Under the pieces are notes generated by a model. That model saw only the letters and a program-made list of their open reading frames with translations, had not been told where the DNA came from and searched no databases. DNA of 63,017 nt, filler included, from Sphacelaria rigidula (lineage: Eukaryota): assembly GCA_964200075.2 (NCBI GenBank). It is 5 parts of 5 records of this genome, joined end to end, with 100 filler letters (N's around TTAATTAATTAA, not from the genome) between each part and the next. Parts side by side here need not be neighbours in the genome. Positions count along the whole stretch, not along the records: positions 50,497 to 63,017 come from CAXNAA020003669.1; 4 more parts are not named here. One strand, 5' to 3'. Every line of letters begins with the position of its first letter. The stretch's first letter is position 1. This document shows, piece by piece, positions 50,497-63,017 of this stretch. A program made the position numbers and the translations under genes.

Positions 50497-51791
50497 CGCC
50501 AACAAAAAATGAACAAAGCACTATCCAACTACTTTCGTTTATCTATCCCTGTGCTCAACTCGTGCTCTATGCTGCAGGGTTGCGGTGGTAGCTAAGGATG
50601 AATTGGATGGAGTTTGCATGGTCCCGTGAACGGGTGTTATTTGGGCGTGGTGGTCTGTAAGATGAGAGTCAAGTGTCGCTTCGTGCCTTTCGACTGCATG
50701 TTTTCGATCGAAAAAATAGTGTTTTTTCACTCGTTGCATTCTTCTCCGCGCGCCAATTATAATTTTGAGTCGAAGCCTTCGAGGAACATAAGTGCGGCGG
50801 ACATATCAGATGGGACAGTTTCGATCGAAAAAAAAAGTGCCAAGACACGCCCTGAGCCCTTCTGGCGATGAAAATATAAGGCAGGCACTGTATAAAAAAG
50901 GTGGAGGCCTAGAATAAAATAAAATAAAATAGAACTCCTGTGTTTGGCCTTCCTGTGCGATTCCGGCTGATGCGCCCACACGTTGTATACCGAAAGGTGT
51001 GGACTGGCGTCGATAATAATGGGATGTTACAACACACGCAGTGTGGGGTTGAAACCAGCGTTAACTGTTCGTGGTGCATGTTTTTGTGTGGAGATATTGG
51101 ATCTCAACTGTTAATTCATTGTATATTATAAACTTTTGTAAGGCGATAATCAAAGTATAATCCACAGACTCCGCAGCTCATTCCGTCCAAGCTGATAGCA
51201 CCACCAGGCAGAAGATTGAGATTATCTGCAATTACTACGTTGCAGGGAGAGGAGGTATCATGAAGCTGTACGATGCGTAACCAAGACAACGTGCGAGCAG
51301 TTTTGGCAGCAAGCATCCGGTTTCGCTTCAGATCACTTGTCTACAGTACTTGTACTTGACCACTCGGGAGCACCCACCGAACACGGGATGTTACAAATAA
51401 CGACATTTTTGTGAGATGGAGAGTAGAGCGCTGATTGAGAGTGGCTTTGATCATTCGTTTTAACTCAGTCAAGTTTTCATCCCATGTGTGATTTTATTTC
51501 CCCTCATTACTGGTGTGTGCTTACAGCTGCACGTCGATATCCTACTGAGGGATATCAAGGGCCTCAGTGGCAATCTACTCCGGGAAGCATATTGGGCCTC
51601 GTGAAGGGGCATTTCGGAACTGAAACGATTCATTCACTACTTCACCGCTTTTCTCTCTCAATCTCACGAAAACATTGTTAGATTGGGAATGAAAACCCGG
51701 AGAATCAAAATCTTCGTATCCGCACCAGATCTTCGAAGTGTGCTTCCATTTCTTCACCTGCTGGTAGTTTATGACAACCACTACGAGTTGG

Positions 51792-52195
51792 GCCAGCCTA
51801 GAGGCGGATTTGAAGTTTGCAGGCCCATGCTCAGCCCAATTATTAGAGTTGGAGCGTAAAAGTTGGTATGGACAATGCAGGGGGCATGAAGAAAAATTAC
51901 GTCGGTGCCAATTTATTTTTTTTCATGAGTTAAAGGCATTTTACTGATACCTGAAAACTGATTATTGCCCTTAACTCATGAAGAAACAAAACTTTTGGTG
52001 CCGACGTAATTTTTTTTAATGCCCTAGGCATTTTCCATACCGTTTTTTACGGTCCAACTCTAAATATCGGGCTGAGCATGGGCCTTCTAAAAACCGGATC
52101 GGTGGAAATTCGGAACAATATTTCGCAGGCCACTCACCGGACCACGTTTGGTCGTCGTGTATTGAAATTTTGTGTGGGCGCTCTCTAAGGCATAA
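51792..52195 (+). repeat. Palindrome-bearing dispersed repeat, copy 2 (stem ~51821-52085)
   Basis: Collinear with ~7497-7900; loop nearly identical. Confidence 0.85.
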
Positions 52196-52326
52196 TTAAC
52201 AACAAGTGGTTTCTCGAGACGAGACGTTCCGCGCATGGCCATATCTCGCGAGTATCATTATTTTTTCTGCTTTTTTTCCAGGCCCGGGTCCGGAGGAGCC
52301 CCCCGATTGCTGTGAGTGGAAAGTCC

Positions 52327-52689
52327 CACACGTCGGACATCTCAACTCGGGTTAACACGAGTTAACTGTTTTTCGCATAGCTTACCAGTGAGTTATAGCA
52401 TCACTCAGCTGTGCGCACCCTGGCCGAGTGAAGTATGCAGTACAACTCAGCGATGCAAAATCTGGCGAGGTGAGTTAAAAACTATAACTCAGCGGTGCAC
52501 ATTCCGGCCGGATGAGTTATAAACTAAAACTGATCGATGCATATCTTGGTCGAGTGTGTTGTGCAGTATAACTCAGCGGTGCACATTCTGGCAGGGTGAG
52601 TTATACTGCATAATAACTCAGTGATGCATATTCTGGCCACGTGAGTGATACAGCGTAACTGAGCCAACTCATGAGTTGTCCGGCGTGTG
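52327..52689. mobile_element. MITE with CACAC-type TIRs and an internal ~42-bp tandem array
   Basis: TIRs CACACGTCGGACATCTC / GAGTTGTCCGGCGTGTG. About 6 units of ATAACTCAGCGRTGCAYATTCTGGCNNNGTGAGTTAT. TSD poorly conserved. Confidence 0.75.
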
Positions 52690-53586
52690 AAAATTCGGGA
52701 GCGAACTCGGCCTAGATTGTGTGTTTTGCTGTTTTCGCGTTGTTAAACTTTCTGGTCATTTTTCGTGCATTTCTTTGGCAAAATATGAGAAGAAGGTATT
52801 ATACCTTTTCTAGGCCATTGCTCAACAACATATTACTCTGAGATTTTTCACAACCCTTCAACCCCGGTAGACCCGATGCAAAAGGGAGGCTGATTAGCTC
52901 GTACACTCTACGATTATTCCGTGGTCCCTGATCATCCCCAATCCATGTAATTTTGTTCAACTCAGAAAGTGCCAGCAGTGGTGAATGAGGATCAGCATGA
53001 CGTGGCCTCTCACTCCAGGGATTCGACTATTATTTGTCAAAGTAAAATGTTTTTCAAAGCTTGCGTCAGATCACCTAGAGACCTACCCCCAAAATACATG
53101 TCGCGGTCCTCGCAGCTGCTGATGTGGTGGATTGTGCTAACTTCCTCAGGCCTGGTCACCAGAAGGGGCTCAAGAATCAAGTACAAGCCCACCACCATAG
53201 GCAAAAACGCACGAAAGGATGACAGTATCAAAGCTAAAACAATCCCAGTATGGCCACCATTATACCCGCTTTTCTAGTCAACAACTGACTACTGTAGCGG
53301 GTTCTTGTGTACTCTCTTTTTCCTTACGTTACTTTACCGCAAGGAAGTACTGAAGCCAAGCTACGAATGGTGGTTGTACTGTATGCCTGTTGCGCGGCAA
53401 GGGTGTATGGCAATATATCGTCATACCCTTTGTTGCGCATTGTGAGACTGAAACAAGTGAAAAACGACATGTTTTGTAGTCGTGGCTGTAAGATACCACA
53501 GGCGACCGAGATCCAGCAGCGCACACAGGACGCCGGAAACGACGAGACATTTCGAACCTATCCCTGTGGCTCGCTACCTCTAGCGG

Positions 53587-56500
53587 ATGGTGTCCTCTAC
53601 TAAGTTTAGATACTTGAGAAGAAAAAGCCCATGGACAAGCGATGGGCTGTGGCTGGCGGGAGCCCTCGTCGTGTTGATTCTTGCCCTCGTAGCCAATGTG
53701 TCCTCTGTACACTCCCTCAAAAACGATGTCGACACTGCGAGTTCACTGGTACTTGTAGAGGACCTCTTCCGGGGTCGACGATTCGCAGAAGCTGCCGATG
53801 TGCTGGAGGCATTGCGACCACAGAATGAAGATCCAATCATTCGTGTGCACCTGGCTGATGCGTACTACAACCTGGGACAGACGAGACGGGCACTGACTGT
53901 GCTGAACAGCCTCGTGAGCGATAACAGTGTGAGTGACACCAGAGTGGAGGAAAGTCGACTGGAGAGTTTCGTGCTCAACCGACGGGGCATCATACTCGCC
54001 GAAGCTGGGGACATACTCGGTGCGCGCGAGAGCTATGAGCGCGCGCTGGCGCACCAGAAAAATCGGCACGCCATATACAACTTAGCCATGCTTCTGCACT
54101 ATTCGGTATTCCCAGCAGCAGCTGCATCCGACAGTATCTTGGTCCTCGTACGTGCCATCGAGCTTTACCACGAAGCGCTAGGTGGCGCTTCTGCCATAAA
54201 GACATTTTCGTCATCATCTACTGCTAATAACAGGTTGGTGCTACCCAGAACCGAATACATCGAGTCCAAGAATTCGACGCCGGCAAGGCATGAAGAGATT
54301 GGGGGCCCTGTCGACCGAGTTGCCGTATCACAGGACTTAGCGATCGCCCTCCTTGAAGTAGGTCGAGCGCGCGAAGCAGTCGTCGTGCTGGAGAATGCCA
54401 TGATAGAGAGCAATTGGACGGAGGAATTCCGCTCCTCAGATGTCCCAGGTGAACCTTCTGACGATTTTTTTTAAAGATGACAGGTGAGAGTTTACCCAGA
54501 GGCAGAAATATGACATTGGGAACCTTGCGCATTGAGAAAGACAAACCCTTCTCTGTGCCTTCGTCACACGTATTTGGGCAAAGTGTCGTTATCCAACAGA
54601 CCCAAGCCCCTTCTCTCTAGCAGACAGCATCGAATGCATGAGAACCGTCTCCGTGCTTGATGAGATGATATAACACTTCTCCGTATTCTCGTCGCTCGAC
54701 ATATGTTTCCCTCAGTGTCGCCGACGGTAGCGTTGGCATTGGAAAAGAGGGGGTACATGTGGGGGCGCCTTGCCAGCGCGCGTATTGACGCTGGAGATAT
54801 GCCGGGCGCTGTTAACGCAGGTGAGTATAGGTAACGTGTGAGACAATGACACACATGAATGGCGTTGGGTCACAACCTTGTTTGCTCGGGACTGCATTTT
54901 CCTAACGATTTTAGTTGCCAAAAAAAGCGTGCACAGAGTAATGAGTGTTCTTACTCGCTGGAGAGCACGCTATCTGGCCTTCTGCCAATGAAATTTTTCG
55001 CTGCACTTCTCGTGCTTGCCCCCGTTTCTGCTTTCCTTCAGGCAACAAGGCGCTAGAGCTTGTGGATGCTGATCCCATCCTTCATCACAACGCCGGAATA
55101 ATATTTCAGGTCAAGATGAGCAATAAAGCATGCAGCGAGCGAACTCGTCAGTTACAGCAAGAGCAAACATCTGTAGAAAAATCTTATAACGCCCCTTCCC
55201 TAGACGTTTCCGGTTACCATTTGTACATGGGATGACTTTCCAGTGTACATTGCAGTTGAGATCATCACATCGGTCAGTGGTATCGGTCTAAGAGAGACAA
55301 GATCGTATACGCAATATTCAAGGTATAACGGGCAATTTCAAGCGTGTTGGAGTCGTGCCGATTGATCCACACTTTACTTCTCCTGAACGAAGTGAACGTC
55401 GAATGTATCGTGCTTGCGTGGGTGGGCACTACCATCTCGTGTTATCTGCTGAGTGGATCATCCACAGGGCTATTTTCTGCCCTTGCTTGACCTGTTTGTC
55501 CTGCCAACATGTCATGTATAACACTCGCCGAAAACAGAAGGCAGGGTTGTCAAAGCAAGCAGAGGCTGCTTGGCGTCGCGCTGTCGCTCTCGAACCAAAC
55601 CTATCGCCCAGTCTAGCCAGCTTAGGGGATCTCGCAGGGGCAAAGGGCAATATGGAGCAGGTGGGCTAACATCGACTACATAGTACTGCAGTGTGCTGCA
55701 TTTTCGCCTTCATTGTATACTCTCATGCTGACCATGGCCACTACAGGTCACTTTTTATCATCCGCAAATGTAGCGTCGTGGGGTGTAGATCATGAGATGG
55801 CGAAGTCTACGTACGTGGGGACCACGTGGGGCGACTGTCAGCGATAGATATTATCGCAGCGGTATGATTGAAGGAGACATCGCGTGATTTAGCTCAACTC
55901 ACCGAGGCGCGAACAACGTCTCATTTCAGTTTCGTTGGATGTGATCTGCTACATACCGAAGCCATCCCACGCCATAGACATGATCATTATATTTCCCATC
56001 GGTATGGTTTGGTTGAAACAGGCACGCCACTTCTACGAACGTTCCTTGGAGGCCCTGATTGCTGGAGATGGGGACATGAATACTGATAATACTCGTAAAG
56101 ACGGGCGAGTCATTGGCAAGGCCAGCATACTGACCTACAGATTTTTGGTCGCAACGGCCGGTGTGCCAATATTTTATTACTCCAATGACCACATATCTCA
56201 GGTGAGCTGTGACCATCCAACACCCAACAGATGACAATCCAATGGAAGGCGGACAAGCGCGTTGTATCACTCATGGATGACGAGGTGTTTGATCCATGGC
56301 GAGCCTCTGATGGGTGTATCTCGCCCGTGCTCTACGACTTCTCCATCTCCAAGTGAAATAAAATATCAACGCGCACAATGAAAAGGCTCGTAGAATACTT
56401 CCAGTCACAAAACTGGCAGTTTCGTCAGTTTGCGTCCTAACAATCACCACTAGCATGCACTTCAGATTTTTTCGGGGGTGGACAATTTGAAGTTCACCTT

Positions 56501-59500
56501 CCTTCTCGCTTCAGCCACGGCATAGCTGAGGTGGTGGTGGCACAACGAACGTTTGCTTTCTATTTTAGGTTCGACAAGTTTTTGAGGAGGAACTGCGAAG
56601 ATTGCTCGCTGACGACGAAATTTCCTCAAAAACACTGGGAGACCCGCTGAGCACCGTGGGTTCTGGATCATTGGGATACTATCTCATTTACCAGGTACTG
56701 CACGCTACAGCTCTTCCGGCATCATGTAGGCCGACGTTTGTTGTTGCGGCAAAGCGAATTTAATGGCATTTTAAGGGCAACCCGTGAGAGTGCGACATTT
56801 GCCGACACTTGCCGACGAAATTTAGATATGGCTCAAATCTTCGCGGTGATCTATATCATGAGCGGAAGAATTTGCAGTATCGTGTCATCAATCTACCCAC
56901 TGCCTCTTGCCACTTACGTACAGGGTTGGGGCGACAAGGAGGTCAGGACGCAGCTCGCGGTGGCTTATTGGAAGCTGGCTCCATCTCTTAGGTGCGAGGG
57001 AAAGGTATGGGTTGTTCCTTTTCTTCACTAGAACAATGAAATCCATCCAAGAACAACAATGAAGAAGGTAAGTGTGGCGTGTCGTGCTGCTTGTGGGGAG
57101 TCGTGACGTATTTTGAAAAACCAAGCCATGTTGACTTTGATATTGTCAGCGTTTCTCTTGAACACTACAGTGTGGGCGCATAGGAATTTCTACTCGGTCG
57201 CAGATGCTTACTGAGGTTTGTGCAGACGCTGTTTTTGGTATGTAATGTGTCAGCTTCAGTGTAATTTCTAAAGATTAAAGCGACGAGCATTTGGCTCTCC
57301 GAACTTGCACTTCGCCACAGTCTTACTTAAAGCAAACTCGACATAGTGCAGAATGTGTGAGTACGAATGCTTGTCTGCTTCACCAATGCTTGAGTCACGG
57401 CACCTGAATCCCCCTTGTCCACGATACCCCGCTGCTGCAGGTACTGTGCCCCCTTCCTTCTGCGCAACGGCGGAAATGACACCTCTACTCCAATGTCGTT
57501 ATACTCGCAAAGAACCACACGCGAGCCATTGACTAGAGATTTTTCCTTCATAGAATCGGAAAGAGCACCGGATGACACGACAGTGAAAGGCGACTGTGGT
57601 GGTGGTGGTGAAGGATTCTCAAAGAGTAAAGACTGGACAAAAAATCGAGACGGTGTCGAACCAACGGCAACAATTGGGCGGGGGTGCGACAAAGGTAGAA
57701 GTCTACATCCAGGGCAACAATTACCACAGGGTGGACCGGAAGAAAACCACGAGACAGTGCGCAGTAGACGCCTTCGCGTGGGATTTTTGTCTGCTTTCTT
57801 CTTTCATCACTCAGTGGGTCTGCTGACGCAGGGCGTCATAACAAGGCTCGACCGAAATAGGTTTGAGACAACGGCAATATTTCTCCAACCCCACCCCGCC
57901 ACTGCATTCGAGGAGCAAGATTCACGGAAAAATACTGTTATGGAGAAGACAAAAGGCGACCATGTTTACATGGCTGTACGAGAGCAAACGGAGGCTGTGC
58001 TAGACATTCCGGTGGGGAGGTGAGTAAATGTCGCCCAGCGGCACAAATGCACTGAAGTATTACTGCGAAAATTGTCTGGGCCTCAAACGGGGATCTCGCC
58101 AGTGGGAATGATGGCACGTGTGTCTCGAAAGGGCAGTCATTCAAATCGACTTCTCTTTCGGATGATGCGTATCTTCCGACTGTCGTCGCTGCTCCAGTTC
58201 GCGCGATCACGGAGGTGATTGTCGGTGACTCGCTACTCAAGCTAGCGTAAGTCTTACGTGCCGTAAGGTGTTGCATATTAGTAGGAATATGTTGCAGCTG
58301 TTCGTTTCATCCTTGTCTACCCTTCGCCCTCTTCCACCACAGGCTACCTGCTTGCCGCCACGCCATCGCATCCTTGGAGCTGGACGTCTTGGTTTTTACA
58401 GAGATAGTTGAGTGTAAAACGCGAGTTGCGGCAAAAAATATTGAGATAATTGCTCGTTTATCTCGACTCATGTCGTTCCACGGGTGTGACGTAGCTGTTG
58501 CGATATAAATGTATTTCAGCCGCATTCAGTACAACGTGAAATATCGAATACGCGATGTTCTTTGCACGATGTTGTCGGCGAAAGAGAGGAACAGCGCATC
58601 GTGTAAACGCCTTCGTTCGAGTGCATTACATTGCAAATACTTCAGCGCATGTTCATTTTGTGGTTCATCCGCTGGCACTTTTTCCGCTGACAATTTTCTT
58701 TGTAACATGGTGAGGCAGCGCCTGCGTTTCGCCGGGTATCGAGTTTGACCTCGACATAACCTAGCCTTTCCTCACTCGGAATTTTCCGTTTCTCGCTGCA
58801 ATCCCATGGACCCGATGTAATCCCATGTACCCGATGTCGCCAGGCATGAACGCAGAGTCTTATTTCCTTTCTTTTGGAAGGCTGGCCCGGCGGTCGGTGC
58901 TTTTCTGGGGTCATGCGGTCACCAGCGGGATCCGAACGTTTGACGGAATCTCGACGAACGCACTCGGACTTGAGGACAGGAGCGATAGTTCTCGGATATA
59001 TGATGCAAACTTGGAAACTGGAGGAATTGACTACTTTGTATCTTCATGGCTGTTTGAGGACCAGGATTTGGGCAGGCTGGCCCAGCGTAAATACACCGAA
59101 AGGTAAGTGCACGAAAACACGACAATTGATCAGCTGTCCAGCAGCTAGTTGATTAAGTTCATCCAGTCATAGCCATCGAACTAGAGATTCTCCCCCCACG
59201 ATATACACATTTTTATGGTCACGGGTGTACTCCGCTTTTTGCTCGGAGGTGCACTATGTAACTGCATCTCGTTCCGATTCACACCCCCACCCTTACTGTC
59301 CTCGAAGATTGTACCTTATGCAAGGTCTGACCACACGCTTCAGTCGCCCTCCTGCACCGGCGCGAGGACTCATTTCCCGGGAAGGATTGGGTATTCCACC
59401 TCGTCCATCCTCCTTCACGCAGTCGTTCTCAAGTTGCCTTGGTGACGCTCGTCATGATCTGGGCGAAGAAGTAGGTGACGGATATACTGTCGAGAAATAC

Positions 59501-62500
59501 AGTGGTGAGCGCTGTGAAACAGGGATAGCCGTCGGTTGGCAGATGAGCAACTCAATAAAGTCCTTGCCTGACGTGAGGAGTCGATATAATTTCGGATCTT
59601 CATAACGAAAAAAGTCTCCTTCGTAATAAGCAGTTAGCAGGTGAAGATGGGGTGTGTATATTGCTGGCAAGCAACTCCTTCCCAGTCCATCATAGGACTT
59701 GAATTGGAGGTTACGCATAACGGCGCCAAGGAGTAGGGCAACGACATGAGTGAGGAGCGAGTCCCCACCGTTGCTTGTCTCGGGCTTACGTATCACGGTT
59801 TCCCTTCTGGCCCATTTCTGTCGGATGCTTTTTCAGGAACTGGCGATCTGCGTGCATCCCAAGTGAGATCGTGTGGCGCGCTGTACCTGGTCCCTCAAAC
59901 GTTGTACAAACTCCACCCAGATTTTGATCGCATCGTAGCTGGAGTTTTGAGGACTGATGCCACAGGATGTGCTGTGTTTATTCAAGCATCAGATCCATGG
60001 GTTACCCAGGGTGTGTCGAAGCGCTTATCCCAAGCTCTGCGGGACGCTGGATTGATGGGACCGTCTCGAGTTTTTTTCACTCCGCGGTATGTTGTTCATG
60101 TACTGCTACTGTTTTTTTGTACACGTATATTCTCACAATTGTACTTCTTCCCTTGGCTTGCGAGCTCGGCTATTTTCCCAGCTGTGTTCGTACACATGTT
60201 CTGCTTGATCATTGTGTTCCGTAGCCTCCTTTTCCCATTTCCCCCTGTAACCTCTCTCTCTCCCTTTCTCTCCTTCTCTTTTTTTTGTTTTCGTTTTCAT
60301 GTTTTAGTGGTGATTGTGCCTCGCCCACATAGAGCTCGTGGATGACAGTTCGTGCCCAAATAGTGTGGTCCCCAAAATGCTTCCACTTTTATGTTTTCGC
60401 ACGGACTTTTGACCTGATATTATCTTGCAGGGGCTGACCATATTTTGTCCTTTGTCTCTTGTATCTTTTTTTTTTTCATTTTTGTCATCATTATTAGTCT
60501 CATTGGAATCGGCTATTCGCGTTGTCATTATTGTTTCCTCTTTTATTTCCCTTCCTTTCCTTCCTCTATAGTTTTAATGTTTCTTCGTTTCTTTTTCGTT
60601 TTTGTTTCTGTTTACGTCCTGTTTTCTCTCGGTTTTGTTCCGTTTACTCCGTTCGTTCTATCCTTGTTTCTCCGTCTTTTTCCTTCCTCGAGTTTCTTTC
60701 AGCGAGAGTTTCCGTTTTTTTCAATCCTGGGTACGTTCATCTTGTGGATAAAGACCACGACTGGATCATGACTATCTCGGGGATCAGTTAATGTGCGACA
60801 AGCAACCAATCGATATATCACTTACATTAACCCACAGGTACTTTCTACTAAAAACACGGTAGCGAGACACTGGGCGAAAAGACACGATGACTTCATGCAC
60901 GGCCACACTTCGTTATCTTCTAGCTGCAACCCACAGCCATAGTGGTATGTCTAACAATTCCAATCTTGATACACACAGCACGACGGTGACCCGGAGACCA
61001 ACTTACAAAGTCACTGAATCTGTATGCGTACGAAAAGACTGCGTCACAATCGAAGTATTGCGTGATTGCCTTATAATTTTATGCACACCCAGGTTGGGCT
61101 CCAACGAGTTCCTGGGCCTTTGTGAGATGGCCGACGTAGTGCTTGATCCCTTTCCGGTCGGAGGGGGGCGGTCATCGCTTGAGATCTTCGCCGTTGGTAC
61201 CCCCATCATCATGCTCTACAACAGAACTTCCATCTTGCAGGTACTACATGGGTCTCTGGAGTTTTTGACACACTTCCTGCGCTCTCATCACCTGCGCTCT
61301 CATCATTCCCAATGAAAACACCATCACGCCTTTATCTTCGAAGCATGCGGCGCCGTTTATTTGTTGGCGCCCAGCAGCTAACCTACGGCATGTATTCCAT
61401 CATGGGACTGGAAGGACCTCTCACGGAGAATGTCCAAGACACTGTACACCCCTCAGTGGTGAGATACTGTATAGCGCGAGAGGTGCAGAACTCAGATAAA
61501 CGGACAGGTGCAAAGACTGCTGTTACTGTATTGTTGGTCAGAACAGCGAGCGGAACCGTGAAACTTCGACCCGGAATACGGCGGTAGAAGTGCATGCAAG
61601 TACAAGACCTGTAAAATGCGCGTCACTATATATTCTAACGGGCTGTTGTCTGTAATCGCATCTCCGCGTTTGCTTGTATGTCCCCTGGGATGGAACACGC
61701 GCTCTCAAGTCTCTTGTGACCTACTCAGACAGCGACCTTATCAACAGCGCTGTCACCATCGCCACCAACCCCCACCTGAATGCTCGGGTTAGGGAACTCA
61801 TCATGTCCAACAACCATCGGTAAGAAGGGAAAGGTTAGTCCAGCACTAGTCCCCTCCTTTGTTTCTCTACTCGGGGAATTGCTTTATCCGGTCCATGTAT
61901 CGACGCGCCTCTCCTCACTACTTAGAGCTTGTCACACGCGACTCCGGCCTTGCCCCCTGTTGCTTTGCACCCGTGACACAAATCCCCTAGTCTTCATCCG
62001 TTTGATGTCCTTGTTCAACCTTCGTATCTGCTCAGGTTGTATGAACAAGACTCCGTTGTCACCGAGTGGGAGGACTTTCTTCAGGGAATAGCTTGCAGCC
62101 CTCGTCCCCCTAGCGTACAGAACCGGGAGTTAGCCGTTGATGCCTCGAACTTCCCGAAATATCTTGGAGGTGTTACGTGTTGCACCCATGATGGCCATTT
62201 GGACAACGCGGCTGGTGACGGTGAACGCCATAAGCAAGAAACATTTACCCAGGAGGCTGAGTCAAATATATCGCCAGGGATCAAGGCTAGCACACTAGGA
62301 TCGCTGGAAGACAACTTGTTGGGCAAACAGCACGAAGGAATCCACCTGAATGTGAGAGGCGGACAAAATACAAGCCGACATCATAAAATGTCACGGTCGG
62401 AGAGGCGGCATGATGGTGCTGTAAACATTGTTAGTTATCCAGGATCGAACCTGCGCACCTTGTCTGATGTCCTATTAACGGTAATATATATATATATATT

Positions 62501-62609
62501 TAAAGAGGGTTTACGACAGCGTTCTTATCAAGCAGTAGTTCATACGGAACGCTTGCACGTGGACCCTAGGTGCCACTCCAGTTTGAGAGGCGAAGATGGC
62601 CATGGATGA
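53587..62609 (+). CDS. TPR + glycosyltransferase family 41 (SPINDLY/OGT-like) gene, possibly pseudogenised. Exons: 53587-54483, 54716-54820, 55042-55109, 55538-55660, 56022-56201, 56569-56694, 56924-56991, 57441-58019, 58343-58407, 58844-59102, 59308-59504?, 59837?-60086, 61093-61240, 61378-61458?, 61710-61819, 62036-62609?
   Basis: TPR motifs (LADAYYNLGQ, NRRGIILAEAGD..GARESYERAL, AAWRRAVALEPN). GT41 motifs YYLIYQG, RVGFLSAFFFHHSVG, LDVLVFTEI(G)M..YFLSFGRLA..FWGHAVTSG, IDYFVSS, YTERL, PQTLYKLHPDFD, DVVLDPFPVGGGRSSLEIFAVGTPII. Most junctions are GT-AG and in phase. Confidence 0.88.
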
Positions 62610-62970
62610 TAGATGTACATCAGGGTAATCTGTTGGCCTCTCGTAATGATACGCAATGTTCCAAGACATAATTTTGAGGAAGACGTGGAACTATGGGGTG
62701 CCTGAATATCCTAGAAGCGATGGTTTTGATCATGTACGTACGGTACCATATTTCGTTTGCTCATCCTGGAATTCTGATTGACGCAGGATACGGATAGCAA
62801 GCAGAGTGACCGAGAGCCAAAACGAGACAGAGAGATACTCTATGCGGTCGAAGTTTCCGTGGAACGTGGGCATAGTACGGGTCGGGGACCCCTCGTGGTA
62901 CAGGTACTGGACTATCTAAACTATGCAGCTTGTACTGTAGAATAGTGCTTCGTTTGAAGCACCCCCCGCC

Positions 62971-63017
62971 CGCTCCGTCTCGAAAGGGATGCGTGGTCAA
63001 TGGTCAAATGACTAAGG
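62971..63017. repeat. Type B end at the window edge (another at ~43845-43913)
   Basis: GCTCCGTCTCGAAAGGGATGCGTGGTCAATGGTCAAATGACTAAGG. Confidence 0.8.

Noticed and set aside
52388..52660. CRISPR array
   Set aside because: Units are degenerate tandem copies without unique spacers, lie inside TIRs, and there are no cas genes; eukaryotic context.
53037..53231. Small divergent gene upstream of GT41
   Set aside because: Short, non-ATG start, no recognisable domain or splice support.
27554..62609. Functional cluster of the S28, Fn3-like and GT41 genes
   Set aside because: The three genes are on different, artificially joined contigs.

Overview
Repeat-rich eukaryotic DNA, most likely from a brown alga (Phaeophyceae). 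The basis is EsV-1-7 repeats, long introns with short exons, and a stramenopile-type gene set. The window is not contiguous. It is five unplaced contigs (1-12525, 12626-25150, 25251-37773, 37874-50396, 50497-63017; lengths 12525/12525/12523/12523/12521) joined by 100-nt N linkers carrying TTAATTAATTAA, so nothing should be inferred across those joins. Protein-coding content: the 3' part of a peptidase S28 gene with two consecutive GC-AG introns; three internal exons of a minus-strand gene with a bacterial-type Fn3-like domain; and a ~16-exon TPR + GT41 (SPINDLY/OGT-like) gene with an N-terminal hydrophobic anchor and two apparent lesions. There is also an EsV-1-7 repeat pseudogene. Mobile DNA: a decayed chromodomain-bearing Ty3/gypsy element with mismatched LTRs, an RTE LINE fragment, two tRNA-headed SINE-like families, several MITEs with 8-bp TSDs, a ~15-copy family of ~75-nt G-run-anchored ends, and several long palindromes. 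One palindrome family shows compensatory base changes between copies. All alignments and exon calls were made by eye, and repeat boundaries are approximate unless a TSD or splice site fixes them.
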